Shown: one piece after another, positions 1-8,241 of the stretch
Layout: every line of letters begins with the position of its first letter
Numbering within the stretch: the stretch's first letter is position 1
Source: an uncultured Pseudomonadota bacterium
GTDB lineage: Bacteria > SAR324 > NAC60-12
DNA length: 22,816 bases
Direction: 5' to 3'
Assembly (NCBI GenBank): GCA_913020725.1
Contig: CAJWCD010000048.1
Coordinates: 1 to 22,816 of the forward strand
Notes under the pieces: model-generated
Databases searched by the model: none
What the model saw: only the letters and a program-made list of their open reading frames with translations
What the model was told of the DNA's origin: nothing
Made by a program: the position numbers and the translations under genes

Positions 1-84
1 TTTGAGAATGCAGGAAAGGGCATCGAGCCTCCAGTGGAATGTGTGCGGCTGTCTTCTACCACCATCTCCCGCACGTTGCAAACC

Positions 85-274
85 TCAGTGGATTCTTGTC
101 TGGGTCTTTAGCGCTTCAAGATGCTCCGCGCAGAGAACATCCTCCAGACCCTTGAGTGTAATCCCCGGGTGAGAACGTCCCACGCTTGCAGGGCATCCCC
201 AACTTCAGCGGATGCTGTTCCCGGCTGTCCACGATCACGGTGAGGTGTTCCGGCTCAGGCTTCATCGCTTGCAT
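85..274 (-). pseudogene. ERCC4-domain (XPF/Mus81-type) nuclease remnant, frameshifted and truncated
   Basis: ATG at 274 has AAGGAG 7 nt upstream. It reads MQAMKPEPEHLTVIVDSREQHPL...RGTFSPGDYT. A frame change at about 153-157 continues (L)KGLEDVLCAE, restoring the ERCC4 pattern VDxREQxP...GDYSxxGLE...xE(RK). The shifted frame stops at 85-87. Confidence 0.7.
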
Positions 275-333
275 CGTGTGACTCCTTGCGGTGTTGCGGG
301 TAGTGTCGCTCACAAATACGGTTCAGCAGCGGA

Positions 334-458
334 TTGGGGGTGTTGGAGTTCAGCTTGGGTTTTCGGAACCGTGCAGCGCGGGGTGTGGGCATGGGTCTCC
401 TTGGGTCGGGTTTGGGTGTTGGGCACACGCTGTTTTGCCCAACCTACCCGAAAACCCC
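334..458. repeat. Cluster of short TTGGG/TGGGT repeats with an inverted CCCAA/ACCC arm
   Basis: TTGGG occurs at 334, 355, 401, 412 and 419. GTTGGGCA (418-425) is a perfect inverted repeat of TGCCCAAC (436-443), with imperfect outward extension. Confidence 0.5.
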
Positions 459-549
459 GGTCCGTGCAACGGGAATCGTTGCTCTTGCCCTCACCCCGGC
501 CCCGATGAAGAGGGGGGCGCTTGCGGTGAGTGAGAGCAGTGAATTGATT

Positions 550-1821
550 TCACTGGAGTTCCTGCTCGAATGCTTGCTGGATTCTGCGCAATTCCTCAAT
601 GGCAGCACGGATGTCTGAACTGTCCAGCACATTGACTTCCACCCGCTCCCCCATGTGCGACAGCCGACGCCGACTCTTGCGGTGTTCCATGGATTTGAAA
701 TCCTCGACCTGAAAGATCTGGAGTGGCCGCGCAAAACCCTTGGGAGTGATCGTGTCAAAGGGTTCCGTAACGACCTGATCGTCAATCAGGGCATGCGTGT
801 TCTCATCCACAAGAATCGCACCGGGATTGGCCATCGCCTCTAGACGTGCCGCCAGGTTCACCGGACTTCCCAGCACCGTGTAGTCGAGCCGCAGGTCGGA
901 GCCAAAATTCCCCACGGTGCAGTACCCGCTGCTGATCCCCATGCGGACCCTGAGTCCGTTGGACGCTCCCAGTTTTTTCCAGTGTTTCTGGAGTTCCTGA
1001 ATGCGCTGCTTCATCCTCAGCGCCATCTCCACGCATTTCAGGGCATCCTCCGTTTCCCCCTCGGATTCCGGATCGCCAAAAAAGACGAGGATGGCATCCC
1101 CGATAAACTTGTCAATGGTTCCCCCGCTTTCCAGAGCAATGATGGACATCTCCGAAAGGTAGGAATTGATCACCGTGGCCAAGCGTTCGGGTTCCATGGT
1201 GTCAGTGAGGTCGGTGAACTGGACGATGTCGGAAAAGAACAGGGTCAGGTTTTTTCTGGCGTGCCGGACCTCGGTGCCCTGCTGATCGCTGAAGATGCTC
1301 TGGTAGATCTGCGGGGAGAGGTACTTGGCCAACCGGGTGGCAAGGCTCTCCAGCTGTCGGGTTTTTTCCTCAATGATTTCACGGTCGCGGATTTTCTGTT
1401 CCAGCAACTCTTCGCGTTCACGACGCAACTCCCATTCTGCGGTGCGGTCCACAAATTGCCCCTGCACTCCGTTGAGGTAGGAAAAGGAATCATCGTGGGT
1501 CCGTGCGGAAAGCAGGGAATAGACCCGCTCCTCTCCGTTGATGGTGATGTTGACCTGTGGAATCAGAACGGAACCCTTTTTGGAAATGTCTTCAACAAAT
1601 TGTTCGATCTGCTGGCCTGGAATTCCCAACTGCTCCAGAACGTCCGGGAAATAGACATTGTTGACATTCCCCAGAGTGGGGAAGAATTTCCTGAAATTTT
1701 CATTGATCTTCAAAATCTCAAGGTTCTCCTTGGCAAAATAGGCGGCCGTAATGGCATTCGAGAAATTGAAGAAACTCAGATCTATGATGTTGTGCTGGCT
1801 GAAAAAATCCTCAACTTTCAT
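550..1821 (-). CDS. Class III adenylate cyclase, soluble, with N-terminal PAS-like region and coiled coil (423 aa)
   Basis: Motifs FFSDIVQFT, GGTIDKFIGDAILVFFG, RMGISSG and DYTVLGSPVNLAARLE; the Lys and Asp specificity residues indicate ATP. Start moved to ATG 1821 (MKVEDFF) because the longer ORF overlaps the upstream gene. The PAS-like assignment is a weaker inference. Confidence 0.92.
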   Translation of the reverse strand: MKVEDFFSQHNIIDLSFFNFSNAITAAYFAKENLEILKINENFRKFFPTLGNVNNVYFPDVLEQLGIPGQQIEQFVEDISKKGSVLIPQVNITINGEERVYSLLSARTHDDSFSYLNGVQGQFVDRTAEWELRREREELLEQKIRDREIIEEKTRQLESLATRLAKYLSPQIYQSIFSDQQGTEVRHARKNLTLFFSDIVQFTDLTDTMEPERLATVINSYLSEMSIIALESGGTIDKFIGDAILVFFGDPESEGETEDALKCVEMALRMKQRIQELQKHWKKLGASNGLRVRMGISSGYCTVGNFGSDLRLDYTVLGSPVNLAARLEAMANPGAILVDENTHALIDDQVVTEPFDTITPKGFARPLQIFQVEDFKSMEHRKSRRRLSHMGERVEVNVLDSSDIRAAIEELRRIQQAFEQELQ

Positions 1822-1849
1822 GTTGTCTCGCTTTGAGTGAAGAGGGAAC

Positions 1850-2101
1850 TCAACCGGCAGGGTGGTCGGCCAGCCACTGGGCACGTTTCCCCAGAATCGC
1901 TCCCCAAGTGGTGACGCAATACGGCACACAATAGGTCAGAATGATCTTGAGAAAAACAGGGGGATTCCCCGCAAGTATGACATCACCATGATTGATGGTG
2001 GTCAGAAGGGTGCCCACCACCAGGGCCGTCATGATGGCTTTTTTCGGTGTTCCATTTCCAAACGCCAGTTGGAAAAAGTCTGGGGCGGCGGCTGTAGGCA
2101 T
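1850..2101 (-). CDS. nrtS: NrtS-family small membrane protein (nitrate/nitrite transporter NrtS-like)
   Basis: 83 aa with two hydrophobic segments and the family pattern ALVVGTLLTTINHGD...KIILTYCVPYCVTTWG; ends 28 nt before the cyclase start. Confidence 0.8.
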   Translation of the reverse strand: MPTAAAPDFFQLAFGNGTPKKAIMTALVVGTLLTTINHGDVILAGNPPVFLKIILTYCVPYCVTTWGAILGKRAQWLADHPAG

Positions 2102-2379
2102 TGTTTTAACCTGAATGATTCATCGATTCAGTATTGTGAACGAAAACTTGGTTTTTTCCAGAATCGTGTGCCCAGCGCAACGGGAATCGTTGAAGTTCGC
2201 TGGGTCGGATGCTACCGTTCCTTGTGGCAAACTTCAAATCCGGAATGATCCCGCCGCCGCAGAGCAGCGGGGTCTTCTGTGACGCTTTTGAAAAAACTTG
2301 GCAACACCATGGCTTGGGACGCTGAAAAAAGCAGCAAGCAGCGGGGCATGCAATCTAAAAAGAGCTTCACCCTCATTTC

Positions 2380-3279
2380 ATGAGTGCTTCCTCCAGTTCG
2401 GCGGTTTTCCCCAGCGCAAAGCGCTCGTTTGGGCTGCGGATTTTTCAAGACCTGCTGGAGCGTAAGGCGTGTCGCTCTCCACAAATTCAGATCAACAAAC
2501 CGCTTGACCTGCAACCGGAGGCCGACGAAATTCGCATTTTGTTGCTGGGAGACACGGGGTCCGGCGATGGCGATCAGCGTCGGGTGGCGGAAGCGAGTGC
2601 GAAAACTTGTGACGAACGCGGCGGGGATTTGGTGCTGTTGCTCGGCGACAATTTTATCCAGCACGGGGTTTCCGGAATCCAAGACCCGCAGTTTCGCAGC
2701 AAATTCGAGGACATCTACCCGCACGATCTGCCGTTTTACGCGATTCTGGGCAACCATGATTTGCGGGGCAACTGGCGGGCGCAAGTGGAGTACACCAACC
2801 ACAGCACACGTTGGATCATGCCGGATGTCAATTACGCCTTCCGTGCGGGTCCGGTGGAGTTGCTGGGCATCAACACCACGTGCACGATCTGTTCACTGTG
2901 GACCCTCCAGCACCCGCGCACCTGTCCGTGGCGGCTGGTGTTTGGGCATCGTGCCCTCGTCACGCAGGGACGACACCGGGGCATGAATTGGCTGGAGCGA
3001 CGCTTTGTCCGCGCCTCAACTCCGGACCTCTATTGTTCCGGACACAACCACTTGCTTGAACACGTCCACTGGCAAGGCATTGACCAAATCACTTCCGGTG
3101 GTGGAGGCAATCCCATCCACCCTGCCGACCTCAACGCCGCCCCTGCCGAATTCCTGCACGAGGGTTTCGGCTACGTCTGGCTGCACTTTTGTGGTACAGA
3201 ACTCGTCGCACGCTTTTTTGACGATCACGGTGCCGAACTCTACGGGTTTCAGCGCACCCTTCCGGGCCGTTCAACTTGA
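2380..3279 (+). CDS. Metallophosphoesterase (calcineurin-like; ACP5/acid phosphatase-like)
   Basis: Ordered metal motifs GDTG, GDNF, GNHD, VFGH and GHNH, followed by SGGGG. Confidence 0.9.
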   Translation: MSASSSSAVFPSAKRSFGLRIFQDLLERKACRSPQIQINKPLDLQPEADEIRILLLGDTGSGDGDQRRVAEASAKTCDERGGDLVLLLGDNFIQHGVSGIQDPQFRSKFEDIYPHDLPFYAILGNHDLRGNWRAQVEYTNHSTRWIMPDVNYAFRAGPVELLGINTTCTICSLWTLQHPRTCPWRLVFGHRALVTQGRHRGMNWLERRFVRASTPDLYCSGHNHLLEHVHWQGIDQITSGGGGNPIHPADLNAAPAEFLHEGFGYVWLHFCGTELVARFFDDHGAELYGFQRTLPGRST

Positions 3280-3954
3280 GTCTGTCAAGGCAGGCAACCC
3301 CCAATCCTGCGGGCGGAACTGTTCCAGAGAATCAAGGAATTGATCAGGGAGGGGGTTGTAGAGGCTGCGATCCATCTTGGGGTCCGGAACCACCACCACT
3401 GCCATCCCGGCGGTGTGTGCCGCTTGGGTTCCGGAGGGGGCGTCCTCAAACACGAGACATTCGGACGGGGCGAAGCCCAGGCGTTTGGCCGCCAAAAGGA
3501 AAATATCCGGTGCGGGCTTGCCTTGCTTCACTTCCGGATCGTCACCATTGACGACCGTTTGGAAAGAGTTGAACCACTGTTGCAGGTGGGCGGTTTTGAT
3601 GTTGTAAAGTTCCTGCCCTGAACTCGTCGCTACCGCCTGCGGGATTCCGACATCATGCAGGTGTTGCGTGAGCCGGGTTGCGCCGGGCAGGGGTTGAGTG
3701 TCAGGAAACAACTCCCGGAGCCGCTCGTTACGCGATTTCAGGTATTCGTCAGGCGTGATGGGCAATTCAAGGGTTTCGACAATGATTTGTGCAGATTCGT
3801 GCGCCTTGCGTCCGATGATACGAGACTTGAGCGTCCAATCGAAAGTTTTACCGTACTCGGCAGCGATTTCCTGCGTGACCACCGTGTAAAAACGTTCGGT
3901 GTCCAGCAAGAGGCCGTCCATGTCATACAGGACGCAACGGATAGGATGGGGCAT
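3271..3954 (-). CDS. HAD-superfamily phosphatase (HDHD1/pseudouridine-5'-phosphatase-like, subfamily IA)
   Basis: Motif I YDMDGLLLDTE, motif II VATSS, GKPAPDIF and motif IV LVFEDAPSG. Confidence 0.92.
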   Translation of the reverse strand: MPHPIRCVLYDMDGLLLDTERFYTVVTQEIAAEYGKTFDWTLKSRIIGRKAHESAQIIVETLELPITPDEYLKSRNERLRELFPDTQPLPGATRLTQHLHDVGIPQAVATSSGQELYNIKTAHLQQWFNSFQTVVNGDDPEVKQGKPAPDIFLLAAKRLGFAPSECLVFEDAPSGTQAAHTAGMAVVVVPDPKMDRSLYNPLPDQFLDSLEQFRPQDWGLPALTDSS

Positions 3955-3968
3955 ATTGGAGAACTGAA

Positions 3969-4679
3969 TCAGAAAAAACCGGGGGCGTAATCGCGGAGGT
4001 CGTACTCTTGGACGCCGCCGTTGCTGAGGGTGGCAGTGAGAATTGAGAGACCACGCCAGCCTAGCCGTAGGCGGGCGGAGGTGTCTTGGATGCGTAATTT
4101 CAGCAGCACCTTGCCCGGAGCGTTGCGCTTGACAAGGTGCAGCCGGAAGGTGTAGCGGCGCTTAGCCTGACCAGCGATTTCCACCTCTTGGGATTCCGAG
4201 ATGTGGTAGAAAACAGCGTGCGTGTCGTTGAGGGTAAGTCCCGAGGCGGTGCGGACTCCGGGGCTGAGCAGTTCAATGTGATCGGCCTGAACCCGGAAGA
4301 CCTGCTGAACCCCGGCCTTGTAATCGGCAAACTCGTAAAACTCGCCCCGCCCTTTGCGAAGTCGCCCTTCCTGATCGTCCGCAGTACGGATCAGTTCGAG
4401 CTTGAGCATCCCGTCCTGCTCCTCGACAAGCGCCAGCACTCCGCGATCATCGCGGATGTTGAGGGCGGCACGAACTGACTGTTCTGGAAAGTGCTTCAGC
4501 AGGGTTTGTTTCAGATAAAGCGCGTTGCCAAAGTGGTTGATTGGATAAATCTGGAAATTTCCCATCTCCAAATGGGCGGACTGCCCCAAGGGGCGCGTGA
4601 ACGCTTCCAGTCCCCATGAAATTCCAGGCAGGAGCAGCGTGAGGAAAATTGCGAGAACGAGATGAATCCGAACAGTCAT
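3969..4679 (-). CDS. Hypothetical exported protein
   Basis: From ATG 4679 it has a signal-peptide-like N-terminus (MTVRIHLVLAIFLTLLLPGISWG). It fills the gap exactly and ends 14 nt before the HAD gene. No family recognised. Confidence 0.7.
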   Translation of the reverse strand: MTVRIHLVLAIFLTLLLPGISWGLEAFTRPLGQSAHLEMGNFQIYPINHFGNALYLKQTLLKHFPEQSVRAALNIRDDRGVLALVEEQDGMLKLELIRTADDQEGRLRKGRGEFYEFADYKAGVQQVFRVQADHIELLSPGVRTASGLTLNDTHAVFYHISESQEVEIAGQAKRRYTFRLHLVKRNAPGKVLLKLRIQDTSARLRLGWRGLSILTATLSNGGVQEYDLRDYAPGFF

Positions 4680-4804
4680 TGGGCAGAGATGGTTGCAAGT
4701 ACTCACCCGAAATACTGCACTGAGGCTCAAGGGCACTCAAGACGAATCTGCAATTTCTGGAACCGATGCACAACTGTTGCATTGATTATGACTCCTGATT
4801 TCAC

Positions 4805-6001
4805 ATGGAAAGTGACCTTTTGATGTCTCCCAGTTTTGACCTGACCTGCGTGGTTCCCCGCTCCGGGAGAACCCTGCGGAACTTCCTGCACCGCTTGGTC
4901 GGGCTGGGGGCGAATGCCGAGGAAATCGCGCAGATCGTCCGGATCATGGATGTCAGCAAAGGCAGCAGCAATCCGGATTTGCCCACCGTGTTGGAAACTT
5001 TCCGCAACATCACCCGCAAGGCGCCTCCATGTTTTTCGGTGTTTGTGGATCGCAAGCGGGCGCACCGGCCCTACCGCATCGGCTTTTTGGGCTACGAGTG
5101 GCAGGTCGGTAAGCACCGCCTTCGGGTGGAGGGCGAGGAGCCACACAACGGCTTGTCCCTGATCAAACTCGATGAGGTGGATTTTGCGGTTGTCGGCTTG
5201 GACGAACTGCTCTCCATGACGCAGTATTATCTGCGCAATCCAACTTTGGTGACCAAGTGGGGCATGTACAACTACCACTTGGAGAAACCGACGGGTATCC
5301 GCATCGCGGGTTCGGCAATGCTCACCAGCCACAACGCGCAGCTTGACGAGCAGATCCAGGACATGGTGGGTTTCTTCCTGATCTCCAAGCCCAGAGGCCG
5401 CAGCCGCTCCCCCGTGGATTTAGAGACACTCTCCAAGTACGGGCGGCGGGTGTATGTCAAAGGGCGCTACACTGGAATCGTCTATGCGGCCTATCCAGGC
5501 CTGCACATCGTGTCGGTGGAAGATGTCGAGGAGGCCGTCACGTCCGGTGAGCGCGGCAGCGTGGGCATCGAAATCGTGCAGTCCGGAAACACCCTCAAGC
5601 GCAAGGGCTTAGTCCTGCATGGATCACCGCTCTTTCTCTCAGAAAGCCTGCTGGTGGTGGACTACGACCGCTATGTACAAAACACGGCCCTTCGTAATCT
5701 CATTGAATCACTCAAGCCAATCGGCTATTTTGAGGCAGAGCGTATCCGACAGTTTGCCAAGTGGTTCTACGCACTGGAGCAGAACTTGGGGGAATCGTGG
5801 ATTGAACAACCTGCGGTGGAATCCCTGTTCTGTGTGCCCGAAGACGTTCCGGAAGGCTTGCGGCCCTATCGGTTGCAAACGCGCAAATGGAAACCGGATG
5901 ACCGCTACAAACGCGGGGAAGCCGAGGCGTTGGTGGAACGCTCACGGCAACAACTCCGGGAGTGCTACGAAACCCTGAAGCTCCGCAACTCACCCAACTG
6001 A
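4805..6001 (+). CDS. Divergent ATP phosphoribosyltransferase (HisG)-like protein with insertions and a C-terminal extension
   Basis: Colinear HisG-like motifs LTCVVPRSGRT, EVDFAVVGLDELL and DVEEAV...GIEIVQSGNTLKRKGL...LFLSESLLVV. The start may be 4823. The CDS itself is secure, the function less so. Confidence 0.65.
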   Translation: MESDLLMSPSFDLTCVVPRSGRTLRNFLHRLVGLGANAEEIAQIVRIMDVSKGSSNPDLPTVLETFRNITRKAPPCFSVFVDRKRAHRPYRIGFLGYEWQVGKHRLRVEGEEPHNGLSLIKLDEVDFAVVGLDELLSMTQYYLRNPTLVTKWGMYNYHLEKPTGIRIAGSAMLTSHNAQLDEQIQDMVGFFLISKPRGRSRSPVDLETLSKYGRRVYVKGRYTGIVYAAYPGLHIVSVEDVEEAVTSGERGSVGIEIVQSGNTLKRKGLVLHGSPLFLSESLLVVDYDRYVQNTALRNLIESLKPIGYFEAERIRQFAKWFYALEQNLGESWIEQPAVESLFCVPEDVPEGLRPYRLQTRKWKPDDRYKRGEAEALVERSRQQLRECYETLKLRNSPN

Positions 6002-6005
6002 ACTG

Positions 6006-7661
6006 ATGTCAACACCTCACTTTGATCCGCAGCGCTTCCTGACGAAGTTACTGCTGAAGTCGGCCCTCTGGATCGCCCTGCTGATGGGCTGGAGTTTGTC
6101 CGCATTTGCGCAACAGGGGTTTGTGGACAACGAAATCCTTGCCAGCCGCATTGCCAACTCCATCCAGCAGCGCATCCCACCGCAATACAAGGCACTGGCG
6201 ATTTCCCGGATTCGTCCGCATGACAAGCAAACCAGCCTCAACATCAACGAACTGATTGACTACACCAACGTCAAAATCGTCCGCAGCCGCCGCTTCCGCG
6301 TCACCGACCGCTCCAAGCTCAAGCTCATCCTCAAGGAGCAGCGCATCCAGCTTTCGGAATTCGTCACCCCCAGCGAGTACAAGGAACTTGGTCAAATTCT
6401 TGGGGTGCAGGTTTTCGTGTACGGCAATGTCTATCCAGATTCCTTGATGCTGAAAGCGATTGACGTGCAAACCTCCTCCATCGTTTGGGCGGACAGCTTT
6501 CCGCTCTACAACCAACGCCCCAACTACATTCTGCTCAACAGCCTGAGCGGAAATTTCCTCGCCTCTCTCAGCAAGGATGCCGAAAGGTTGCGGGCCGAAA
6601 AAATCCGCAAGGTCAGCTTTTGGAGCATCGGCACTCCGCCCGGCATGGATTCGGAAGAGGTGATTGACGCACTCACGGTGGTGGTGTCGCAAAACGATTT
6701 GCTGCAAGTTGTTGATCGTGAGAACCTCAAGCTCATCTTTCATGAGCAAAAGCTCAACCAGTCCGTCTTCATTGACGAATCCCAAGCACGGCGACTGGGC
6801 GAGTTGTATGGGGTGGACGCCTTTGTTTACGGCCAGATCACACCGCGTCCGGACGGTAGTTATGTTGCGTCCCTGAAGATGATGAGCATCTTCAGCGGGG
6901 TGATTGTTTGGGCAGACTTGATCAGGTTCAGTCCACCACTGGACAACACAGCCAACTTGCTCAATCCGTTCACGAAGAAGATTCAGCAACGCCTAGCCCC
7001 GGAACGTTCACAAGGGCAGGTCGCCATTCCGGGCGGAGTGTTCCTGATGGGCAGCGGTGATCCGCTCTATGGCAACGCCGCTCCGGAGCGCACCCTGCGA
7101 CTCAAACCCTTCCTGATCGACGCACAGGAGGTTTCCAATGCGGAATACCTCCAGTTTGTGAAACAGAAGCAACACCGCCGCCCCGTGACGTGGAAAGGCG
7201 GCATGTTTGAGGAATCCCAAAAGGACTATCCCGTGGTGGGCATTGGCTGGGAAGATGCCAAGCTCTACTGCCAAGCACTGGGGAAACGCCTGCCCACCGA
7301 ACAGGAGTGGGAGCGGACCGCCCGTGGACCAAAGGGGCGGCGCTACCCATGGGAAGGAGACGTGTTTTCAGCAAACTTCGCTGTGACGCGGGAATCCGGA
7401 GCGAAGCAGTCAGTGCCCGTGTTCACGCGCAACCGGGACGTGACGCCCGAAGGCGTCCGGCACCTCGCCGGAAACGTCCGGGAGTACGTCGCCGATAAAT
7501 ACCTCCCCTATTCCAACCCCGTTGCCGCCTCCTTTGAGCGCGTCATCCGGGGCAGTTCGTGGGCCTTCAGCGCGATGGAGGCGGTGGGCTTTCAAAGAGG
7601 ACACAGCCGCCCCAACCTCGCATGGCCAGAAGTGGGATTTCGTTGTGCCCAGAATTTGTAA
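6006..7661 (+). CDS. Exported protein with two CsgG/LpoB-like domains and a C-terminal FGE-sulfatase (SUMF1-fold) domain
   Basis: Signal peptide ending SAFA. Two repeats of the form V.DR..LKLI..EQ....S.F.......LG...GV..FVYG...IVWAD. FGE motifs IPGGVFLMG, EVSNAEY, RLPTEQEWE, GNVREY and GFRCA. Confidence 0.88.
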   Translation: MSTPHFDPQRFLTKLLLKSALWIALLMGWSLSAFAQQGFVDNEILASRIANSIQQRIPPQYKALAISRIRPHDKQTSLNINELIDYTNVKIVRSRRFRVTDRSKLKLILKEQRIQLSEFVTPSEYKELGQILGVQVFVYGNVYPDSLMLKAIDVQTSSIVWADSFPLYNQRPNYILLNSLSGNFLASLSKDAERLRAEKIRKVSFWSIGTPPGMDSEEVIDALTVVVSQNDLLQVVDRENLKLIFHEQKLNQSVFIDESQARRLGELYGVDAFVYGQITPRPDGSYVASLKMMSIFSGVIVWADLIRFSPPLDNTANLLNPFTKKIQQRLAPERSQGQVAIPGGVFLMGSGDPLYGNAAPERTLRLKPFLIDAQEVSNAEYLQFVKQKQHRRPVTWKGGMFEESQKDYPVVGIGWEDAKLYCQALGKRLPTEQEWERTARGPKGRRYPWEGDVFSANFAVTRESGAKQSVPVFTRNRDVTPEGVRHLAGNVREYVADKYLPYSNPVAASFERVIRGSSWAFSAMEAVGFQRGHSRPNLAWPEVGFRCAQNL

Positions 7662-7697
7662 ACCGATGCTGATGCACCCCATTCTCCGGAGTCGCGA

Positions 7698-8228
7698 ATG
7701 ATGTACCTGATGCTCACTTTGGGCAGCGCACTGGTTTTCTTTAATCCGCTCGCCAATTTTGACAGTGCAAGTGGCGGCTTGGGCTTCTCCCGCTTTTCTG
7801 GAGGGGGAGGCGTGAAAAGCGGCATGATGACGGGGTTGGAAGGAACCGCCGAGTCCTCCTATCCAAAATTCCCTCCCCTGCGGCACACCCTGCACTATCG
7901 GCAGTTCTCCAGCAGCGGTGCCTCGCTGACCCAAACTGTGGTCGGGCTGGATTACCTCACGCAACCCTTCAAGCGGCCTCTGCTGATCAGCTACGGATTT
8001 GAGTTGAGTTCTGGGGATTTGCGCTCCACCTCCGGAAACAGCGTGTCGTCCATGGACCGCCTCGGCTGGGGCTTACGGGCCGAGGGTCGTCACTATTTCG
8101 AATACGAAGGACACCTACTTTATGCCTCCGCCCGCTCCACTTTACAGTTTGCCAGCTATCCCACCAGCGCCGGAAGCGCCTCCGGAACCGGCCTCGCTAT
8201 CAGCGCTTCGCTGGGCTACAGCTTCTGA
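7698..8228 (+). CDS. Putative small outer-membrane beta-barrel protein
   Basis: Hydrophobic N-terminus, Gly/Ser/aromatic-rich amphipathic strands, and a BAM-type C-terminus ISASLGYSF. Confidence 0.6.
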   Translation: MMYLMLTLGSALVFFNPLANFDSASGGLGFSRFSGGGGVKSGMMTGLEGTAESSYPKFPPLRHTLHYRQFSSSGASLTQTVVGLDYLTQPFKRPLLISYGFELSSGDLRSTSGNSVSSMDRLGWGLRAEGRHYFEYEGHLLYASARSTLQFASYPTSAGSASGTGLAISASLGYSF

Positions 8229-8241
8229 AAATCCGGATTCT

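Noticed and set aside
982..1836. Long antisense and alternative-frame ORFs (also 6048-6989, 12485-13402, 15766-16953, 20564-21661, 21619-22653)
   Set aside because: They are shadows of well-supported genes in GC-rich DNA and carry no recognisable motifs.
2299..2313. sigma54-like GG-N10-GC upstream of the metallophosphoesterase
   Set aside because: Poor match to TGGCACG-N4-TTGC outside the dinucleotides.
7017..7661. FGE/CLec-fold C-termini as targets of a diversity-generating retroelement
   Set aside because: No reverse transcriptase and no template-repeat copy of either 3' end was seen in the window.
7662..7697. The FGE gene and the barrel gene are in the same frame with a single TAA between them, suggesting a split autotransporter-like fusion
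   Set aside because: Same-frame adjacency occurs one time in three by chance. The FGE domain ends at its normal GFRCA terminus and the barrel ORF has its own hydrophobic leader.
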